NCBI RefSeq assembly: GCF_035084215.1
Contig: NC_090362.1
Span: 19,654,001 to 19,718,000 of the forward strand
Source of the DNA: Heptranchias perlo
Lineage: Eukaryota
DNA: 64,000 nucleotides
Direction: 5' to 3'
Every line of letters starts with the position of its first letter. Position 1 is the first letter of the stretch. Below the pieces are notes generated by a model. The model was not told the DNA's origin, did no database searches, and saw nothing but the letters and a program-made list of their open reading frames with translations. The position numbers and the translations under genes are program-made. Shown here piece by piece: positions 1-12,680 of the stretch.

Positions 1-294
1 GGAGATGTGTGGAGCTTGTGCATATAGTGTGTGTGGGAGAAAAAGCAAGATGGAATGAGGATGGGGTGGTGATGAATGTAAAGTGTGTGGAATGTGAAGT
101 GAGGAAGGAATGGTGAGATTAGTTGGTGTTGTGCAAGTGCTAGTATATAAGAAGAGAATGGCATTAGCGTGTGGTGTGGAGAGAGGAAAGGAAGAGGCGA
201 GTGACTTTGGAAGAAAGACAGGTGAAGGATGTGATGGAGGGGAGGGAATTGTTGAGCGTGTTGTGAGGTGCTGCTGAGAGGTGGAGAGCTATAG

Positions 295-782
295 TCATCC
301 TTGCTGCTCTTGTGAGGTAATTGGACCTCTTCCTGCATTGAACTCAAGTCCTGGGGGGATCTGGTGACACTGACCCTTTCATCCACTTCTGTCTGACGCC
401 CTTTGGGACCAGCTGCTCCCTCCTGGCCCACACTCCCTCCACTAGGACCTCTAGGGAGGCTGCTGAAAAGCAGGGGTGGGGAGGTGGCACATGGGGGCGG
501 TTAGCAATTTGATTAATTGGAGTAGGCAAGAAGTCTTCCAGAGTTGTTCAACAATAAATGCAGGCAGGGAATGCTACCTTGCTTTAAGAAGTGAATCCTC
601 GCTTTAAGTGGGCCTCACGTGGGCACAGTGGCACGTTCGGGTGGGTAGCCCATCAATCTTATTAAATTGAGAGCCCCGGGAGTTAAAATTGCCTGGGCCT
701 CACTCTGCAAACACCATGGGGGCTTGCTGCCTGGCCCATTCCCCTGCACGCCCAATTCCCGCCCAGGGTTAAAATCGGGGCT
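295..782 (-). mobile_element. PIF/Harbinger remnant (Myb/SANT-like accessory ORF and terminal repeat)
   Basis: FSAASLEVLVEGVWARREQL...PPRT*VQCRKRSNYLTRAA; GCCCCGATTTTAAC terminus near 780. Confidence 0.6.
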
Positions 783-1284
783 CGCGTTTTACAGGCCAGT
801 TTTATATTGAGTGTTACCATAGGTGAAGTGACTTTGATTTTCTTTATATCCTGAAAAGAGGTATAGTTAAGTAATACCATTACTGTAAACCTATGGTTTG
901 CTCTTGTAACCGAACATATATTTGTTTAATGTTAAATAAATCTGTCTAGTAGTTTATAGCCTAAGCGACAGTCTCATAGAGGATTTATTCTTTTGCCTTT
1001 TGAAGTCGAGAAATCATGGGGTGGCGTGTGTTATATTCAGTAAGTTGAATAACAATGACAAGGGTTCAACTCCTGGGCCTGTTACATTTACATAGACATT
1101 GGGCGAGGAAAGACACACACCAGATCATAGGGAGCGAGTGCTTAAGGGGGGAAGGGAACAGTTACACTGAACTCAAGAAATTTATCTAGTGTAAAATCCA
1201 AAAATGTAGCAACAGTATTAAGAATGGCCATCACCACTGGTGGTAATTTGAAAAACCCAACGAGCCAGGTAGCAACCCTATGCC

Positions 1285-1745
1285 CCAGGGCTTAAAGGGT
1301 TAAATTATGAGGATAGTTTGCATAAACTTGGCTTGTATTCCCTTGAGTTTAGAAGATTGAGGGGTGATCTAATTGAGGTGTTTAAAATGATTAAGGGATT
1401 TGATAGTTTCTCTCCATCTATCCTATTTCCTCTGATGGAGGAATCCAGAACAAGGGGGGCACAATCTTAAAATTAGAGCTAGGCCGTTTAGGAGTGAAAT
1501 CAGGAAGCACTTTTTCACACAAAGGGTAGTGGAAATCTGGAACGCTCTCCCCAAAAGGCTGTGGATGCTGGACCAATTGAAATTTTCACGGCTAAGATCG
1601 ATATATTTTTGTTGGGTCAGGGTATGGAGGGATCGGGGGTAAAAGTGAGAAAATGGAGTTGAGGTTCAGATCAGCCATTATCTAATTGAATGGTGGATCA
1701 GGCTCTAGGGGCTGAATGGCCTCCTCGTGATCCTATGTTCCTAAC
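1285..1745 (+). mobile_element. CR1 3' fragment
   Basis: LRGDLIEVFK and FFTQRVVEIWN coding remnants plus the gctgaatggcct tail. Confidence 0.85.
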
Positions 1746-1795
1746 ACCGCCTGATGGCCCAGCTGAAATTAGCAACTCACTGTATGGAAAGTCTC

Positions 1796-2266
1796 AACAC
1801 AGCACAGCTCCTGTAAACACCCGCACAGCCCCTGTAAACACCCGCACAGCCCCTGAAATGCAGCACCACCCCGGTAAATACAGCACCGCTCAAACACAGC
1901 ACAGCTCCTGTAAACACCCGCACAGCCCCTGTAAACACCCGCACAGCCCCTGTAAACACCCGCACAGCCCCTGAAATACAGCACCGCCCCTGAAAACACA
2001 GCACCGCCCCTGAAAACACAGCACCGCCCCTGTAAACACAGCACCGCCCCTGTAAATACAGCCCCTGTAAATACATCACAGCCCCTGTAAACACAGCACA
2101 GCCCCTGTAAACACAGCACAGCCCCTGTAAACACAGCACAGCCCCTGTAAACACAGCACAGCCCCTGTAAACACAGCACAGCCCCTGTAAACACAGCACA
2201 GCCCCTGTAAATATAACTGAACCACCAATCAAGTAGCCCCTGTAAATATGACTGAACCACCAATCA
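1796..2266. repeat. ~20-bp minisatellite (ACACAGCACAGCCCCTGTAA) with variant blocks
   Basis: Directly visible; it explains the repetitive ORFs at 1690-2379. Confidence 0.95.
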
Positions 2267-3049
2267 AAGCATTGATTAAATTTCAGCACCTCAATATAAA
2301 ACCGCAAAATAACTGTGGACAGGAAACAATAATGAGTGTTTTCAGCACCAAAGACATTAACTAGACACCGTGATCTCATCTGGAAGTATCCATGATTTTA
2401 TGTGCAGAAATTCTCAATCTGATGCAGACTGTTCCTATAATAATGAGAAATTTGTAAATATGCAGAGTCAGTCAAGGAGGTTCATGAGACAGAGGGAATC
2501 CCCTAGGATTAGCTCTTATCGACTGATCTTTATTCATAAAGCCATAGAACGTATTTTGCTGCTCTTGAACTAAACAGTCCAAGGAAACAGCAGAAAGCTT
2601 TTCAGATGAATCAAAACACTTAAGCAGTATTTTTTCCCTAATTTATTCATCAGAAGTCAGTTCTGATGAATGGTCCTATTCAAAATATTGCTACCCTTTC
2701 TTCTCCTTTTAGATATTGAACAACCTACTGTGTATTTTCAGAATTTCTTTTTACATTTCAGATTTCCAGAATTTTGCAGTTTTTTTTCTATCTCATCTCC
2801 ACTTATAAATCTATATTTGGGTTGGTATTATAATAACTATCTAGAAATAAGACTCAATGAATGAAAATATGAATAGAAGCAATTCACAAGTTTATGCCAA
2901 TGAGAATAATGAAAGCGAAATTCAAACTGAATTTCACACCAACCAAAACTGTTTGCTAAAGGCAACATACACATACACCATGAGCTGGCAGTTACAAAAT
3001 GAGACCAGACAACATAGAAGGGAGCAATTATTAACATTTTAAAAAAAGA

Positions 3050-3228
3050 GACTTGCATTTATATAGCGCCTTTCACGACCTCAGGACATCCCAAAGCATC
3101 TTACAGCCAATTAAGTACTTTTGAAGTGTAGTCACTGTTGTAACGTAGGAAACACGGCAGCCAATTTGTGCACAGCAAGGTCCCACAAACAACAATTTGA
3201 TAATGACCGGGTAATCTGTTTTAGTGGC
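3050..3228 (-). mobile_element. DeuSINE 3' part
   Basis: cttgcatttatatagcgcc...gtagtcactgttgtaa...cacagcaaggtcccacaaac, near-identical to 25822-25950. Confidence 0.75.
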
Positions 3229-6091
3229 AGAGTCCGTTCTGTAAACTGTTTATTTTAACAGTCATTGCATTAACTTCCAAACTGGCTTGAGGATGTGCCA
3301 CACTCGTTTGCACTGTTCCCCGTACCTCACAAAATGTTGAAAGGATGGAGCTGTCGTTTCTGCTTAGGGACGAGTGCAATTGTCTATGGAACTGGCAAGT
3401 CAGCTGCTTTTGCCAGCTTGGGGTCCCTGCATGCTGCTGCTGTTTTCTTTAATGGTGCTGTGTAAAGTTGCATGTCCCAAACAAAATAGGGTGGTTGGGA
3501 GGTATGCTCACTCCCACTTTCAGCAGGAATGCTGAAGTTTAGGTGACAGATTCTTAAATCGGGCAAAAATAAATATTACATTTTTAGTTCCAGTTACTAT
3601 TTGCAAAATTCTAAATGAATATTTTTTAAAGTTTTTTTTTCCTTTTTACAATATAACCGTATCATATTTAAAACTGTGCTTCAAAAGTGTTTAAATGTAG
3701 TTTTTTAAAAATGTTATTTTTGATGGAAATGTGGTTTTCTGCCTTTATTTTATGTGATTTTTAGATGGATAAAGCATATTTGACATGAAAAAATGGTTTA
3801 GGTCTTTGTGTTAGGAACTCTTTGTCCTGTGGCTACATAACGATTATATGTTGTCTGACTCACAGCTAGAGAACTCATTTTGTCTAATTGAAACTGTTTC
3901 TTGCCTCCCTCCTGAGGTGGTGAAAAATGTAGTCTCCTCTTTCATCAGGTGTCATGAACCATTGCAAATGGAAAGTTGTGAACAGCACTCAGATGATACT
4001 CATTTGCTGGGCTATTAATGGACGGTTTGCTAGTATGTGTGTTTGATAAGAATAATCTTCAGAGGGTCTGCATTTTTATAAAGAAAGTAATCCAGGGACG
4101 GTCTCATGGTCTACAGTCTTTGTATCTTGCCTAGCCTTATCACGGAGTGCGAATAGGAATTGTGGGAGTTACCTCTTGCTGCGATCACCGAAGATTACTA
4201 TGAAGAACTTGCTGGAAAGAAGTGCAAAGATTTCTGAGGGGGGTTTTCTACTTGTTCATGGGTTGTGTAAGATTGATTATTGTACGCTTCTAGTATGTCT
4301 TTTTTCTTCTGTATATTAATTCACCCATAAATAAATCTGAACAGGTAGGCGTACGTACATTGCTCTCGTGGATCTTATTTTGTGTTCTGAGGGGATGGGA
4401 AAATTTGGTGGCTTTCCCATGTATTCTCCAGTGAGCGATATACCATGATTAGGGGTTAGTAGGAACTAATTGCTAAACTGGGCACACTCATCCATACTTG
4501 GCAATAAGCAAAGACTCAAGGCTTCAGTTCCTAAGAGAATTAGCCTACTTATGAAAACTGTAGTCTGACTGCAAAACACAAGGAAAAGAACTGGGGAAAG
4601 CCCCAAACTGTAAAAGTGCTCTTTTCTGTTGATCCCTCCCACTCTGATAAATCTGCAGACATACGAGTAAAGGCTTTGAAAACACTATTTGATCTTCTGT
4701 GGTATTACTCACAGACAGAAAAAAAAGTGGTGCTTTTTTCTTCCTGTAACTGTTGATCTGCTTGAATTCTGCTCACTCATTTTTAGCATGACGTAAAAAG
4801 TACTTTTGCTTGAAAATGCAGAGAATATTTTTTCTCTCCAGCATAATTTTAACAGACCCCCAAAATATTTTAACCAGAACAAGAGCATCAGCATCATTTT
4901 TATATCACAGTTGAACACAGCACAGTGTACAGTCTGATTATCTGAATAATATCCCTTTTCATGTCAATGCTATGCATTAGTCCACAGTATACAAACAAAC
5001 ATTTATACTTCAGCACAAGCCAAATAATATCCCATGTGCTGTTGGCCACTACACTTTCAAATATTGTTATTTGTTATATTGGAGAAATATTTATTTGCAT
5101 CTCATGTTTTTACTAAAATACTACCACTAGGAGAGAAGGAGAGAGAGAGATAAATAAATAAATAAACAGAGAATGGGGGAAAAAAGCAGAAAAATTGCAA
5201 CATTTTAAAGGTCAATGGGAAACATTTAGAATAAGTAAAATACAGTAAATTGTTTAGATAAAAGGGTGAAATTAAAATAAAAGCAATGTTTGAGTGAAGA
5301 TAAGATGAGGAAAAGAAAGTTAGTAGAACAGAGAATGACTGGGTGACAACAGGTAAAAGTGTTAAAATATAACTTGAAATTAAATTAGAAGTGTTTTTTT
5401 TTTATTGGTAGTACATAGTTAACATTACAGTAATAAAATCAATTTTGACATTTGAGTAGATTTATTCTTGTAAGATTAATATTGATTTCAACATCAGAAT
5501 GTGTGAAATAAGAAAGAAGGCTCACCCACGGAGACTGAATTTACCTGTAAGCAATTTAAGAGTTAACAGAGTGAATTTTCATTTTCTTCAGACTAAACAA
5601 AAAGACCATTCCACAGATTAACAGTTTTTTATATTCTGTAATACTAATATTTTAAGAAAAGAAGGCTGGTGGAAAGTAAATTTAAAAGGTCAAACCGCAG
5701 CTTAATTATTGTTCATTTTGTCAACGAGAACCATAATGACGAGTTTACAAAATATAAGTGTTTAGAACAAACAAAGGGAAATATTTTCCTTTGTATGTAA
5801 AGTCAAAAGAAACATTATTTCAATAAACTATTATAAGCCAATATTTAGACATAGTATTGCCCAATTGAGAAAATAAAATATTATTTTATGCTACCGCAGG
5901 TCACTTTTTTGACATTAGTGCCGATCAGTTCTCACATCACTAATTCCACTCTAAGCACATTAATTATGTAGCAGGTAAAGTAAACTCATTAGTCACAAAT
6001 AAAATATTAATTGACTTAGTTGACTTTTGTAAACAAGAATTTAAACAACGTGTGCATCCATTCCTAGGGATGTAAATTAGAGAATTTTAGA

Positions 6092-6280
6092 AGGGAATTC
6101 TTAACAGGGTTGGAGGATATAGGTGTGAGCCCTGTGTCCTGCACTTCCCACAATGGCACAGCTAAATGGGAATCTGTACAAGTTGATTCACTGCAGTGTT
6201 TTTCCCATTAAGTTGTATCGTTGTAGGAGGTGCAGGATGGAGGCGAGACCCTCCTCAACAGGGAAGAAAGGAGACTCCCC
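6092..6280. mobile_element. Decayed palindromic MITE
   Basis: tcctgcacttcccacaatggcacagctaaatgggaa pairs imperfectly with ttcccattaagttgtatcgttgtaggaggtgcagga. Confidence 0.55.
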
Positions 6281-6504
6281 AGTCATTTATAAATACCTCC
6301 TGATAGTCGGAATAGAGGCTGAGCAATAGCAGCTCATATCTCAAAGTGTTGTGTGGCACAGAAGGAAAGTTTTGCAGGTAATAGTGAATAAATAGGAAAT
6401 AATCTGAGCACCGCAGGCAAACTTACCGATGAGGGAGTTGTTAAACTGTGAGAGCAGATTATGAGTTCTCATCAACAGACGTGGGGTCAGCTTCCACATG
6501 TATG

Positions 6505-6812
6505 CTGAAGACACCCAGCTCTACCTCTCCATCACCTCCCTCAACCCTCGCCACCAAATCCATTGCCCTCCCTCGCCACTTGATCTTGGTGTCCTATTCA
6601 ACCCTGAGCTGAACTTCCAACACCATATCCTAAAACGCCGACTTCCACCTCCATAACATCACCCTCCTTGGCCTCAACCTCTGCCCATCTGCTGCTGAAG
6701 CCCTCATCCATGCCTTTGTCAGCTCCAAATTTTACTATTCCAAAGCTCTCCTGGCCAGCCTTCCATGCTACACCTTCTGTACACTTCAGCTCGTTCAAAA
6801 CTCTGCTGCCCC
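6505..6812 (+). mobile_element. Decayed L2 fragment
   Basis: ALIHAFV and LQLVQNSAA remnants. Confidence 0.65.
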
Positions 6813-6880
6813 TTGCAAAAATCAACAAATATTTGTGTCAACCGAATGACAAATTCTTGATTTGAAATGGGACAGGTGAC

Positions 6881-9516
6881 TAGAAGCATAGAAGTTTACA
6901 ACATGGAAACAGGCCCTTCGGCCCAACATGTCCATGTCGCCCAGTTTATACCACTAAGCTAGTCCCAATTGCCTGCACTTGGCCCATATCCCTCTATACC
7001 CATCTTACCCATGTAACTATCCAAATGCTTTTTAAAAGACAAAATTGTACCCGCCTCTACTACTGCCTCTGGCAGCTCGTTCCAGACACTCACCACCCTT
7101 TGAGTGAAAAAATTGCCCCTCTGGACCCTTTTGTATCTCTCCCCTCTCACCTTAAATCTATGCCCCCTCGTTATAGACTCCCCTACCTTTGGGAAAAGAT
7201 TTTGACTATCTACCTTATCTATGCCCCTCATTATTTTATAGACTTCTATAAGATCACCCCCAAACCTCCTACTCTCCAGGGAAAAAAGTCTCAGTCTATC
7301 CAACCTCTCCCTATAAGTCAAACCATCAAGTCCCGGTAGCATCCTAGTAAATCTTTTCTGCACTCTTTCTAGTTTAATAATATCCTTTCTATAATAGGGT
7401 GACCAGAACTGTACACAGTATTCCAAGTGTGGCCTAACTAATGTCTTGTACAACTTCAACAAGACATCCCAACTCCTGTATTCAATGTTCTGACCAATGA
7501 AACCAAGCATGCTGAATGCCTTCTTCACCACCCTATCCACCTGTGACTCCACTTTCAAGGAGCTATGAACCTGTACTCCTAGATCTCTTTGTTCTATAAC
7601 TCTCCCCAGCGCCCTACCATTAACGGAGTAGGTCCTGGCCCGATTCGATCTACCAAAATGCATCACCTCACATTTATCTAAATTAAACTCCATCTGCCAT
7701 TCATCGGCCCACTGGCCCAATTTATCAAGATCCCGTTGCAATCCTAGCTATCCTTCTTCACTGTCCACAATGTCACCAATCTTGATGTCATCTGCAAACT
7801 TATTAACCATGCCTCCTAAATTCTCATCCAAATCATTAATATAAATAACAAATAACAGCGGACCCAGCACCGATCCCTGAGGCACACCGCTGGTCACAGG
7901 CCTCCAGTTTGAAAAACAACCCTCTACAACCACCCTCTGTCTTCTGTCGTCAATCCAATTTTGTATCCAATTGGCTACCTCACCTTGGATCCCGTGAGAT
8001 TTAACCTTATGTAACAACCTACCATGCGGTACCTTGTCAAAGGCTTTGCTAAAGTCCATGTAGACCACGTCTACTGCACAGCCCTCATCTATCTTCTTGG
8101 TTACCCCTTCAAAAAACTCAATCAAATTCGTGAGACATGATTTTCCACTCACAAAACCATGCTGACTGTTCCTAATCAGTCCTTGCCTCTCCAAATGCCT
8201 GTAGATCCTGTCTCTCAGAATACCCTCAAACAACTTACCCACTACAGATGTCAGGCTCACCGGTCTGTAGTTCCCAGGCTTTTCCCTGCCGCCCTTCTTA
8301 AACAAAGGCACAACATTTGCTACCCTCCAATCTTCAGGCACCTCACCTGTAGCTGTCGATGATTCAAATATCTCTGCTAGGGGACCCGCAATTTCCTCCC
8401 TAACCTCCCATAACGTCCTGGGATACATTTCATCAGGTCCCGGAGATTTATCTACCTTGATGCACGTTAAGACTTCCAGCACCTCCCTCTCTGTAATATG
8501 TACACTCCTCAAGACATCACTATTTATTTCCCCAAGTTCCCTAACATCCATGCCTTTCTCAACCGTAAATACCGATGTGAAATATTCATTTAGGATCTCA
8601 CCCATCTCTTGTGGTTCCGCACATAGATGACCTTGTTGATCCTTAGGAGGCCCTACTCTCTCCCTAGTTACTCTTTTGCCCTTTATGTATTTGTAGAAGC
8701 TCTTTGGATTCTCCTTTGCCTTATCTGCCAAAGCAATCTCATGTCCCCTTTTTGCCCTCCTGATTTCTCTCTTAACTCTACTCCGGCAATCTCTATACTC
8801 TTCAAGGGATCCACTTGATCCCAGCTGCCTATGCATGTCATATGCCTCCTTCTTCTTTTTGACTAGGGCCTCAATCCCCCGAGTCATCCAAGGTTCCCTA
8901 CTTCTACCAGCCTTGCCCTTCACTTTATAAGGAATGTGCTTACCCTGAACCCTGGTTAACACACTTTTGAAAGCCTCCCACTTACCAGACGTCCCTTTGC
9001 CTGCCAACAGACTCTCCCAATCAACTTCTGAAAGTTCCTGTCTAATACCATCAAAATTGGCCTTTCCCCAATTTAGAATTTTAACTTTTGGGCCAGACCT
9101 ATCATTCTCCATAGCTATCTTAAAACTAATGGAATTATGATCACTGGTCCCAAAGTGATCCCTCACTAACACTTCTGTCACCTGCCCTTCCTTATTTCCC
9201 AAGAGGAGGTCAAGTTTTGCCCCCTCTCTAGTCAGGCCATCCACATACTGAATGAGAAATTCCTCCTGAATACACTCAACAAATTTCTCTCCATCCAAGC
9301 CCCTAATGCTATGGCTGTCCCAGTCAATGTTGAGAAAGTTAAAGTCCCCTACTATTACCACCCTATTTTTCTTGCAGCTGTCTGTAATCTCCTTACATAT
9401 TTGCTCCTCAATTTCCCGTTGACTATTTGGGGGTCTGTAGTACAATCCTATCAAAGTGATCTCTCCCTTCTTATTCTTCAGTTCTACCCATATAGACTCA
9501 GTGGGCGAACCCTCGG
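6881..9516 (-). mobile_element. 5'-truncated CR1 LINE (partial EN + RT + 3' tail)
   Basis: ORFs 7748-9604 and 6959-7741 are one frame broken by a single TAG at 7750-7748. Motifs [42 protein letters not shown]; short TTCTA repeat tail. Confidence 0.95.
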
Positions 9517-11044
9517 AAAGGCGTGGCATTTCCCCTACAGCAGGGGCAAGAGACTTTAAGTGGCCGGACCGAGCATCACTGGCAGAAGTCTCACCGCAGC
9601 TCACCTGCTCCCCATCTCGGTAAGGGAATAATTGCTCAGAAAACCAAAAGAGAGATGGAGAATTAAATAACCAAAAAAAGGGGTGGGTGGGAAATAATGT
9701 CTTGGCTGAACTACATTTATAACATCAAATTATAATTTTAATACTTTCTTTACTCTAGTTATTGTCACCGTAGATTCTCACTGACATAGTAACATTCTGC
9801 AACTGAAGAAGTGACATCTCTAAATACACTGTAAGAGCTATTTATTCACAAAGACCATCAATCTAACTTTCCACATCAACAAAAACATCCATTAGATATG
9901 TTATCAATCATGATGTGTTATTTGCTTAGTGTCACAAGTTATATTCTAAGGTCCACATTCTCAGTTGCCTTACTGCCGTACATTATAGGCTGCAAATGGC
10001 AATAGATTACAAATGGACTAAAACACCACCATAATGCGTCTGTCCCAGCAACTTTACAGTTCTATTAAATTATATTTCTCTCAGTCGGCACTGTTACAGC
10101 TGGGGATTTGAAATGAACAAGTGGAATGAATTTATGTTGTTTATAACAGTTCCACAGAATGGCCCCGTGTTGCCCTCTGTATTGTAAAACTGACACCAGA
10201 AGTAGCTCAACTATCAATTTAAAACACAGGGGGCAGCTTTGAGCAGATAAAATGTGATAGGTACATTGACGGAAAAAAGCAACTGATTGCCAACTAGTCG
10301 GAGTTTATGCGTCCCTCTTTATGTACAAGTACTGTGATTCTTCCCTGTATATAAACAACATGGATTCCTCTCGATAACAGCTTATTTATTTATAGCTGGC
10401 TTGGCAGGAAGTGGGCTCATTCCTGAGGTTTCCCAGGGAGTGAGTTCCCAATTTCAGGCATCCAGGGAGACTCACCCTGGGAAATTCTCGCAAGCCTGCT
10501 ACGGGCCAGTTTCACAGGGGCGCTGGCAGGCGCTCGGATGTCTGCCTACTTGCCCTCACTGCCAGGGGTGCTACGTGGCACAGGAAAACCTACAGTGGGA
10601 AAATTGGTACAAAAATGCACATATCACACCATAGAACTTTGTTTTTACTTTTTTTTATAATTATTACTTTAGGAAAAAGAAAATGTTAATGAGCATGAAG
10701 GTAAGAGCGACAGTAATAAGCTGAATCCAGTGCATTCTACTGCTCCCAGAGTGAGAATAAGTACTGCATGCATTGAACGACTTTCTGTAAATATATACTT
10801 TATGTATAATTATTCTTTTTAAATATTCTAATACTGAAAGCTGGGAAAAGTTTTTTTTTTAAAAACATTTTTAAATGTTCATACGAAAATAGCATATTCT
10901 GGAAAATACTCAGCAATAACTGAGGAGCAGTTATACATTTAAACCACATGAATTAGTTGCACTATTGTTAAAAGACAGTTCTACATTTTAAAATAAAGTG
11001 ATGTACAGCCCTACAAGATGCAGTCAGCAGTTAAAATAAACTGG

Positions 11045-11420
11045 TGTCTTATGAGTAGCTGAACCATATGTGAGAAAGACGGTCCCAAGATTGATTCTTG
11101 GTGTGTGCTGACTCAGCTGATCTCAGCCAGAGTGGCAGTGCTACAGTTGGCTTCAGTGCCTCTTGGTTAACAAGGGAAAATTCGGCCAGGTTTCCCACTC
11201 CCGAGCCTCGTCCAGAAGGTCCGTGGGTGTTGGGTGAGGACAGGATCGAGCTCGATACTGCTGCCCCCATGGTTGAAACCCACCGCTGAAACACGCTGTC
11301 AAAGCTCACATATGGATGAATGATTGCCAGTTGGGATGAGGTACTGGAGGGTGACTGGTGCCCATGGTATCCCAGCAAGGAATCAATACATTCGGTGGTG
11401 GGAGGGGGGGGGGCGGAAGG
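11045..11420 (+). mobile_element. Unclassified SINE-like repeat, with other copies at ~36010-36370, 36890-37245, 53810-54230 and 59790-59960 (minus)
   Basis: Shared motifs gtcccagg, tgtgctgagttagctgatctcag, catggtcaaatagcctgc and ccacttgg. Confidence 0.6.
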
Positions 11421-12129
11421 AGAATATTGGTGACAAAATAAATAAATAAGCTGATAAAAATGTTACATAAAACTAGGAAAACCGTCCTTTACAAACTCTG
11501 AATATGTAATTTAGATATCCTCGCTGAATAAAACTAAGGACTCCTCATTATTTTTGTTAATTGATGCCTTTCCTTCACTCTTATTATCTGGTGCTAATTT
11601 TACACTGTGATAGTCCAGAGAAATATTTTTAATAAGTTTAAATACAAATTTATTACAAATACTGATATTTAACTCAACATTGATATCATCAGTTTTAAAA
11701 ACCATGGAACATCCAGCACGATATTCCAAATATAGCCCTGCATCTGCATTCTTACATTCAACATTTTAAAAAAGGTGCTTCATTTTGCCCTACATCCACC
11801 CTTCTACACTTCCCCCACCTCTGAAAGCAGGATTTGAATTCATTCCTGAATTAACTTACTGGTAGAGGTCATCCCTCTACTCATCCTCAGAAGAGGATTT
11901 TCATCCCCCAATCCTGCACTCCAATGGTCTTCCCCATCGTGTTCCAAATTCGTTGGTAGAGTCCCACCTTTACCACATCAGAAAATCACATTGCCACAGA
12001 TTCTTATACTTGAAAATTTTGTAAGTGGCTATTTTATGATCTTTTTCCTTTTTCTCTCCTTAAATCTTCTTTTGTTACACACCATACATCCCCCAACTGA
12101 AATGGCAAACTGGTGACCATCAGGCCCCT

Positions 12130-12680
12130 GCCAATACTGCTCTGTAAACTTGAGCACATAAAAAACTCTGATGCCCGTATCCTAACTTGCACTAAGTCCC
12201 GTTCACCCATCTCTCCTTTGCTCGCTGAACTACATTGGCTGCCGCTCTGGGAACGCCTCGACTTAAAAATTCTCATCCTTGTTTTCAAATCTCTCCATGG
12301 CCTCATCCCTCCCTATCTCTGTAACCTCCTTCAGCTCCACAACCCTCTGAGATCTCTGTGCTCCTCCAATTCTGGCCTCTTATCCCTCCCCGACTTTCAC
12401 TCACTTACATTGATGATGTGCCTTCAGCTGCCTAGGCCCTAAGCTCTGGAATTCCCTCCCTAAGCTTCTCCACCTCTCTACCTCTCTCTCTCCTCCTTTA
12501 AGACACTCATTAAAACCTCCCTCTTTGATCAAGATTTTGGTTACCTGTTCTAATATCTGCTTATGTGGCTCGGTGTCAAATTTTGTTTGATAATCGCTCC
12601 TGTGAAGCGCCTTGGGATGTTTTATTACATTAAAGCTGCTATATAAATGCAGTTTGTTGTTGTTATTGTTGTTGTTGTTG
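12130..12680 (+). mobile_element. L2 LINE 3' end
   Basis: ARILTCTKSRSPISPLLAELHWLPLWERLDLKILILVFKSLHG with a (TTG)n tail. Confidence 0.85.

Noticed and set aside
2282-2357. Two TTCAGCACC RE1 left half-sites
   Set aside because: No properly spaced GGACAG right half.
1690-2379. Cys/Gly-rich ORFs of 94-200 aa
   Set aside because: Translations of the 20-bp minisatellite.
2646-2690. TTCATCAGAA/TTCTGATGAA hairpin with a CTGATGA hammerhead-like core
   Set aside because: No GAAA core or stem II follows; probably a decayed relic or chance.
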